Positions 56,878-64,000 of a DNA stretch of 64,000 bases are shown piece by piece. The notes beneath the pieces are model-generated. The model was not told where the DNA came from and did not search any database. It saw only the letters and a program-made list of their open reading frames with translations. Both the position numbers and the translations under genes were made by a program. The DNA lies in the NCBI RefSeq assembly GCF_009914755.1, contig NC_060928.1. One strand, 5' to 3'. Position 1 is the first letter of the stretch. The number at the start of each line of letters is the position of its first letter. Source of the stretch: the human T2T-CHM13v2.0 reference genome, Homo sapiens.

Positions 56878-58889
56878 GGAGTTTTGGATATACAGATTAT
56901 TCATTTCGGCTAATGTGTCTCAGTTACAATATCAAAGTGTCTCTCTTCACCAATCAATACATTAACTTTCATAAAAGAGATCTGATGGGGGCTTAAGCCA
57001 TTCCTGCCCTAGTGGTTTCTAGCAGTGGTACCTTGACCCAACAGCATTATGCTTTCAGAATATAGGTGTGTGTGCTGCATCATTATTTACTCCACCCATC
57101 TTCCATCCTCTAAGGATAATAGTTTTTTGTTGCCTGGAAACTTGACCATGTCAGATAATCACTCCTGATTTTACTTCCTTAAAGTTCTATTCTGTTGCCT
57201 GCATATAGTATTGATAAATATTATTAAATGTGAAATGTAATAAGTTATAAATAACAGAATTATTTCTATCTACTTTTAGTAGAATTATGTTTGTTAAGAA
57301 AGAGAGCTCAAGTCGTCTTTTAGAGAAGTAAATTGACACACCCAAACCTAAAGTTTCAGGAATTATTCCCCAAACCAATCCACAGACCTGGTGACTAAAG
57401 TACATGCTGCCTTTGCTTCTCTCACTAGATTGGGGTACATAAGAAGTGACCAACGCTGTTATTTCCAGGGTCATGGTACCCTGCAAGTATCCTTATCTGT
57501 AAACATGCCTGCTCCTTCCCTCTCTTGCCAAGTAGCTTCATTAAAAAGTAAAATTTTCTATTGGAAATCTTTCTCACTTCGTGTGGCTAAAAGTTTCTTC
57601 ATCTGATTTGTAAAATCTGAATCGTATCCAGATCTCTAGTGTCAGTACAATCTGGAAAACAATGATTTTTGCTTCATTTCTTCTACATACTATGAACAAA
57701 TTGTAGTCAATTTTCAGCAAGCCTCAAGCCATTGTATCTATCCTATCTATGGCTGAGTTTCTAACGGGAATCAACTATGAAAATATAATGTTGGTGTATA
57801 TAATTTTTATAAATGATAGGTTAGACAAAATGTATTTCTTTACTCTGATGTCTTTGAAAGTATATATGGAATCCCTTCAGAGTGGATATAATAAGAGGTA
57901 TATTAAAATTTATTTGACCATACAAATATTTTCATGAAACATCCATTAGAAACTAGTGGTATCTTAGGAGTCAATGTAATAAAGTTTTGGGAATAATATT
58001 TTATAGCCCAAGTGATATTTTTGGAGACAACTACGTAAGTAAAATCGATTACCTTTTACCCTCATAAAAGAGATGTAAAGAGAAATTAGACTAGTAAATA
58101 CATATACTTTCATGCATGTATACCAACATCATGTGTACGTATATGAGAGAAAACATATATGGAAAATTGAGGTGGATTAAATAAGAAATAATTATAAATT
58201 CAAAAATATAATAGCAAAGCTGACACTATAAATCCTAATGAAGTGACTGTAATGTAGAGGGGAAAAAAAATGATAGACTAAACTGATGAGAGAGAGAGAT
58301 TGATAGATATGAAGGACCAGAACAGGAAGGAACTCAACATAATGATTCTTTCAACCATTTCTGAGAAAGAGATAAAACAAAGTCAACAAAATAAATGCTT
58401 ATAGTAAGAAGGCTTTCTAGTGTTATGAATCCTGAGAGTGAGCTATTTGAAAGTGTTGAGCATTTGTCAAAAATCTATGAAATTGTATGCATGCCCTATA
58501 ACATTTTGGAACCTTCAAAATTATGAAAATATTCCATAAGCATTTATATTAAAAAATAAAAAATAGACTTTTTCACAAAAGAAAAGAATTTGTTTTACAT
58601 TTCTCTCAACTGTAAATTTCTGAACTTATGGAAAATATACCTACACTTTCGAAGAAAGAAATTCCCTGGAAATGTCTAAGATGGACAATTTACTTTTAAT
58701 TTTTAATGCAACTGGAAGTTATTTACAGAGAAGCAACTTCTCAGAAACTTTACCACTCACATAATTCTAAAAATATTTTATTTGCTATTACATTCAAGTC
58801 AACTCTCAAATTAATATAGTTTGTAAAGCACCATCAGGAGGAAAGGAAATTATTTTGCAAATATGTTAACGATATGTTTTTTCACTTCA

Positions 58890-59600
58890 ATTGTCATTTG
58901 AAATGAGACCTAAATGACAAGGAGCCAGCAATTCAAGGATTTGAAAGGTAGAGTGGGAAGGCTTGGTTCATGAGCATTTTGAAATGAGAAGAGAAATGCA
59001 GAGAGGGACTTACAGATGTAAAGCTTTGCAGGCTACAGTAAGATCTACATCTTACGCTGTAAACTCTGTAATGGAAAGCTATTGTAGGATTTCGGAAAGC
59101 AGTCACTTCACATCATTACATTTTGGAAAGATGCCTTGGATTACAATGGGAAAAAGGGATTTCTGGAATAGAATTAGAAACAGGAAGGCCAGATAGGGGC
59201 TATTATAGGAGTTTAAGTGAGACATAATTGTGGCTTAGACCAAGGAAAGAGTAGTAAAGTGGGAGCAGAGTGGAAAAGGAAAAGTGTGGAATATATTTTG
59301 GAGAAAAATAAAGTATGGTGTAGACAGGATGTTGAGAATGAGAAAAATAGAGAAATGAAGAATAACTTCTAGATTTTGATGTTAACAACTGGGAGAATGG
59401 TGGTTCTCTCCCAGAGGAAAAGCGTATTTTGGGAGAAATACTTTTATAGAGGAAGAAAGAATAAAGAGATTGTTTTTTGAAATATTCAATCTGGAAGTAC
59501 TTATTAGATGCAAAACAGCAGTGATAAGTGGGTATCTTTTAGACATCAGGAAAATAGCTAATGTTTTGGGTGAGTGCGATGCCAAGGATTATTACCCAAC
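58890..59600 (-). mobile_element. L2 (L2a-like), antisense
   Basis: catttgaaatgagacctaaatgacaaggagccagc...atggaaagctattgtaggattt...ggcttagaccaagg...aacaactgggagaatggtggt. Confidence 0.8.
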
Positions 59601-60179
59601 AAGCCAGATCAAAAGAGGAAAATACTTTGAACTCTGAAGTAGCTTGGGGTCTAACTCCAGGGACATTGGACAGTGCCCTAGAGATTTCCTGAATTATCTG
59701 AGATACTTTGAATTAGGGAGTGGAAAGCCAATACGCTCCATAGAAGAGGTGATTATGAAGCCATATCAATTTTGTTTTGCAATTTTTATTTTGGACTCAC
59801 TTTTTTAAGCTAGTACAAATTCAGACACAGTTTTGAGTTATTAGGTAAGATAAATGTTCTAAGGGGTTCAATGTGAAACATGTATACATTAATGTAATGT
59901 AATAACTAAACTTGAACAATTATCAATTAGGAAACTTCAGTTATCCATGTAATGCAATGAAGTATACCTATATGAAAGAAAGGCAGGGATCCCAGGTTTA
60001 TATTAAAACAAATTATGCAAAATTTTTATAAGTTAATATACATTTTCTGAAAGTCAAAATTGTTTTAAATGTTTCATTTTTCTATAAAGAGCATTTATTA
60101 CTTTTGCTTTTAAATTAAAAAACAAAACAACTTTGTAAAATCATTTAAAAGTGTTCACTCCTGCAATAATTTAAATTAT

Positions 60180-60660
60180 TACTATTGCAATTTGGGAAGT
60201 TGAATCTGTTAGGTAAACTTGTATTCTTCAATTTTCTTGTATAAAGTCTTATATAAGTGAAATGCAAATAATGATTTTGGCCCAAGGATATACAACACAA
60301 CACTATGTACAGTGGTGAGAAATTAGAAACAAATTAAGTGCTAGTACAAGAGCAGTTTAAAAGAACAAGGTGCATCTCAACAATAGACGATAATGGAATG
60401 ATGAAAGCCAAGATTATTCGACATTTTATGCACAAAAAAGTTTATACTATAGCTGATAAATGAATAAAACAGTATGCAAATTATGTTTTCAGTATTATCA
60501 GATATGTTTACAATAATCATTAAGAGCCCAATATACTACGAGAAGATTTTAGCTATAATTGCTTTTAAGTGTTGAAATAACTGATTTATTATATTTATTT
60601 TATATTTTTATATTTTATTATGTTGATTCTATCAGTATTCTCATCTAGATTTATAATCAG
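60180..60660 (+). mobile_element. L1ME-type 3' fragment
   Basis: caaggatatacaacacaacactatgtacagtggtgagaaattagaaacaa...ataaatgaataaaacagtatgcaaa. Confidence 0.5.
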
Positions 60661-62391
60661 ACAAAAACAACAACAACAAGTCAACATAAATTTTTTGGGG
60701 GAATTTTGAACATTTTCAGTATCCAGAATCCCATTTGACAATTAATTGTTAGGGACTTAGAAAAGCGATAAATAACACCCACCTCTCCGAGCTACACTTT
60801 GAGCAGAGAAATATGACAAAAAGCATGTAGAATATGTGAGATCAAAATATACATTTTTTTCTAATAAAGCTAATATCCGGTATCTGTAGTTTATTTGATT
60901 TCCTCATAGTAAACCCATACATTTGATATCTTCTCTCCCCATTCATAAGTAATGTTTGAGTACTTTTAATATGCCTGTTTTTATAAAATTTTTTACATAG
61001 AAAGTTAGAGTACATTTTTGTGGGAGCAGACTGGCTTCTATGCAAAAAGAGAAGAAATAGCAAACCATACATGCATACTATGTTCTGCTCTTTAATTTAG
61101 TAGCCAAACAAACTACTTGTCTTTTGCAAAGAATGCGTGGTGTGAGGGAGAGCACTGAGAGGAAGATAGTAATGTCATGTTTGTGGAATTCCTTCCATGT
61201 GGAAGGGCACACCACAAATTAGGAAGTTTTGAACATGAATCACATTACCTGTAGGAAACAATTCATTTTTATGGATTAAAATTAATACTTAATTTAGCCT
61301 ATGATACCAGGAAGAAACATCTATGCACTTCTGTTTGTGAATTTATACCCCACACTTACTAATTCTTCTTGAGTAACCAAACCAGATTTAGGAAAATAAT
61401 ATTGCTTACCAAAAGTCATTTTTACATGGTTGCTCTAAGAGAGTTTCTAAATACACCAAAAGTTTGAATGGTGCTGTTAGAAAATATATTCTAAAAGGAA
61501 AATGGGGTTTTTTTGTGTATAAAATAAGAGATGAAACTTTCCTTTCTCAAATGACAAGTTATAAAGAATTATTAATTACTTATTTTTAACAGAAATTAAA
61601 TGATAATAAAAGATTCTGAAATGTTTAACAATATGCCTTCATCATTCTTCTATGGCAGAATATAGAAGTCAATTAATTTCCTCTTTATAAATGCAAAGCA
61701 TCACATTGAATGGACATGCTTCTCTTTTTTTAACTAATTCTTCTTTAGTAAATAAATTTGAAGTGGGGCATTAAAAGCACAGCAAATAATATCCTAGAAA
61801 ATATACCTTTCTTAAATTATCAGATTATTTCACTTGACTAAAATATTGGAATCAAATTTTCTAGGTAAAGAAATGCACAGCTAATTTGTGTTATATAGTC
61901 CAGAACTGACACCCTTAAAAAATGTAATCGATAAGATTTTTATCAAACATAATCATTACTTTGGATAGATTGCTAGTTCTTTAAATGTGTTTTTTGTACT
62001 TTATTTTCACAACATTTGAATACAGCAAAAATTACTATTTTTATATTAGTTAACATGTAGTCTGAGTAGTATTTCCACAGTCCAGCAAAACATATGAATG
62101 TAATATTTAAGATACATAATTGCACATTATTTTAGGAGAAAAATTAGTAAAACGGGTGAATTTGTATTTGTTCCAAGGTGTAATTTTAATATGTTTCCAA
62201 TGAAGACATTTGATGAGTAAAATACTGATGTGTCTTGTTTAGAAATATCTCTAACACCTGTCCAGCCAAACCTGAATGGAAACAAACACTTTACATTTAG
62301 AATGTGTATTCTACAAACAACAACTACTTTTTAGGTATGTTCCGGGGCTCCATTATGTCACAGTGTCTTATGTGCAATGTTTATAGCAATA

Positions 62392-62505
62392 GTTCATTCA
62401 TTCATTGATTTGTCAACAACATAGACTTAGACCTCTTATGCTTCAATTATGGTGTCAGGAATAAATAGGTGAAACAGAAATGACCTTTGCCTTGTAGAAT
62501 TTTAA
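62392..62505 (-). mobile_element. L2 3' terminal fragment
   Basis: ttcattcattcattgatttgtcaacaacat...ggtgaaacagaaatgacctttgccttgtagaattt. Confidence 0.55.
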
Positions 62506-64000
62506 AAGGTGTATTATTCTGCCAAAAAAATCAATTGCAGCATTGTTTATGTAATCTAAGATGATCATTGTAGAATCAGGCAATTAACAATACAATATAC
62601 ATATTTATGTTACCATAAGATTTATTTTTTGAGTAAGTGAATTATACCATTCTCTGATTACTAATGTAAAAGGTATGCAATGCTTATTTGTACATCTAGG
62701 CAAAATTATAAAGTATTCAAATGTCTTCTCAGATGCCCTCTATTCTAATGTTTAAGTTTGCTAATTGCATATGTTCTACTCATCTATATCTCTGCTCCCA
62801 AGGAGCCCCTGTATTTTCACGATCATCAGGTGTAACTCTTAATCTATCTGTATGCAGAAACGTCAACCTAGAAGCACAACACATCTTCTATTATATTCCC
62901 GACCTCTTCCCCATCCAGGTCTGTAATATCAACCCTAGCACATATGTATTACTTTAGAGTCTTGCTTTTAGCTAAGGACTCAATGACCTACTAGGAGAAA
63001 AACAATATTGTTGGATAATTATGTATTTATTTTCTTTATTCAAGGATAAAATAATTAAGAAGTGCTTCTATTTTATATGGCAGTGTGCTAGGTGCTAAGG
63101 ATTAATCGTGGCAGAAGGTAGAAGTGAACTTTAGAGAAGGATTAAGACCAATGGTTATTATTTTATTATACACCATAGTATCAATAGGATCACTTGAACA
63201 AGAAATTCAGTATCTTCCAATTTCCAAATGTTCAACTGTATACATTATACTCATCTTATCTCAATGTATTTTCCCTCCAATTTGCTATGAATTTTTTATA
63301 TAGAGGACATCACTTTTGTACCATACCCATTATACCTTTAAAACATTTCCCACCAGAAGACTAAAAGATATGCACAATAACATTCACAATTCCAATTAAT
63401 TTTAAATAAAAGTAAAAATAAATAAGGATGATTTCTTTATATATAATTGAAACTTGATATACATTATTTGCCACTTAAACTATCAGCAAGAGAATAAGCA
63501 TTATCTGGAAATTGTTTTTGCTTGAAATGGAGAATCTCAAGCCCCACTCTGAATAGGCATTTTAAAAGATCTTTAGATGTCTGTATTAATGGTATAATAA
63601 AATTTAAGAAGTACTGTTCTATAGAATTTTGTGGAGCTTGAAACAGAAAGAGATGAGGTTAAAATAAGATAACAAAAGGAATGGTAAGTTAAAAAGGAGA
63701 CACACTTGAATGGTCAGGATAGCGGCGGAGGAAAGATGAACTAGGATGGTAGTGCAGATGTTCAGCTTTGATTGTCCTTCAGCTTCTTTTCCTTTAGAGT
63801 ATCCAGTGATCCCTGGAACATTCTAAGATGTTCACTATTTGCTCCTTTAACTCAAGCAATATATATATATATATCACATTATGGGGCATGTATATGCATT
63901 TGGGGGCTGCAAGTCACTTGAAATAAATAACATCTTTACTAAGAAAAGTGAATGCTTTATTTTTGAGCAATTAATAACTGTAATTTTTTCTAATATACAT

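Overview
AT-rich, CpG-poor primate (human-like) genomic DNA that looks like a gene desert or a deep intron. I find no credible protein-coding exon, RNA gene, CpG island or CRISPR-type array. The long ORFs in the track are retroelement remnants (L1 ORF1/ORF2, THE1 internal ORF, Alu or LTR frames). Roughly half or more of the window is interspersed repeat: a near full-length L1PA8-like element (45.6-52.0 kb) fused to an L1PB1-like 3' end, a 4.3-kb 5'-truncated L1PA15/16-like element splitting an MLT1E-like LTR, a 1-kb L1PA4/5-like element inside an L2, two complete THE1 (MaLR) LTR-internal-LTR elements in opposite orientations, three AluY and one older Alu, MLT1/MLT2/MER77-like solo LTRs, MER58A, Tigger3a and MER102-like DNA transposons, ancient L1M, L2 and MIR fragments, and simple repeats. 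Subfamily names come from recalled consensus sequences and need RepeatMasker/Dfam confirmation. I did not find a previously undescribed biological system. The best leads are a possible L1 3' transduction, asymmetric loss of a DUX4-type site between THE1A LTRs, a canonical non-coding exon candidate at 21055-21157, a strong plus-strand bias of L1 insertions, and an unassigned 0.48-kb insert.
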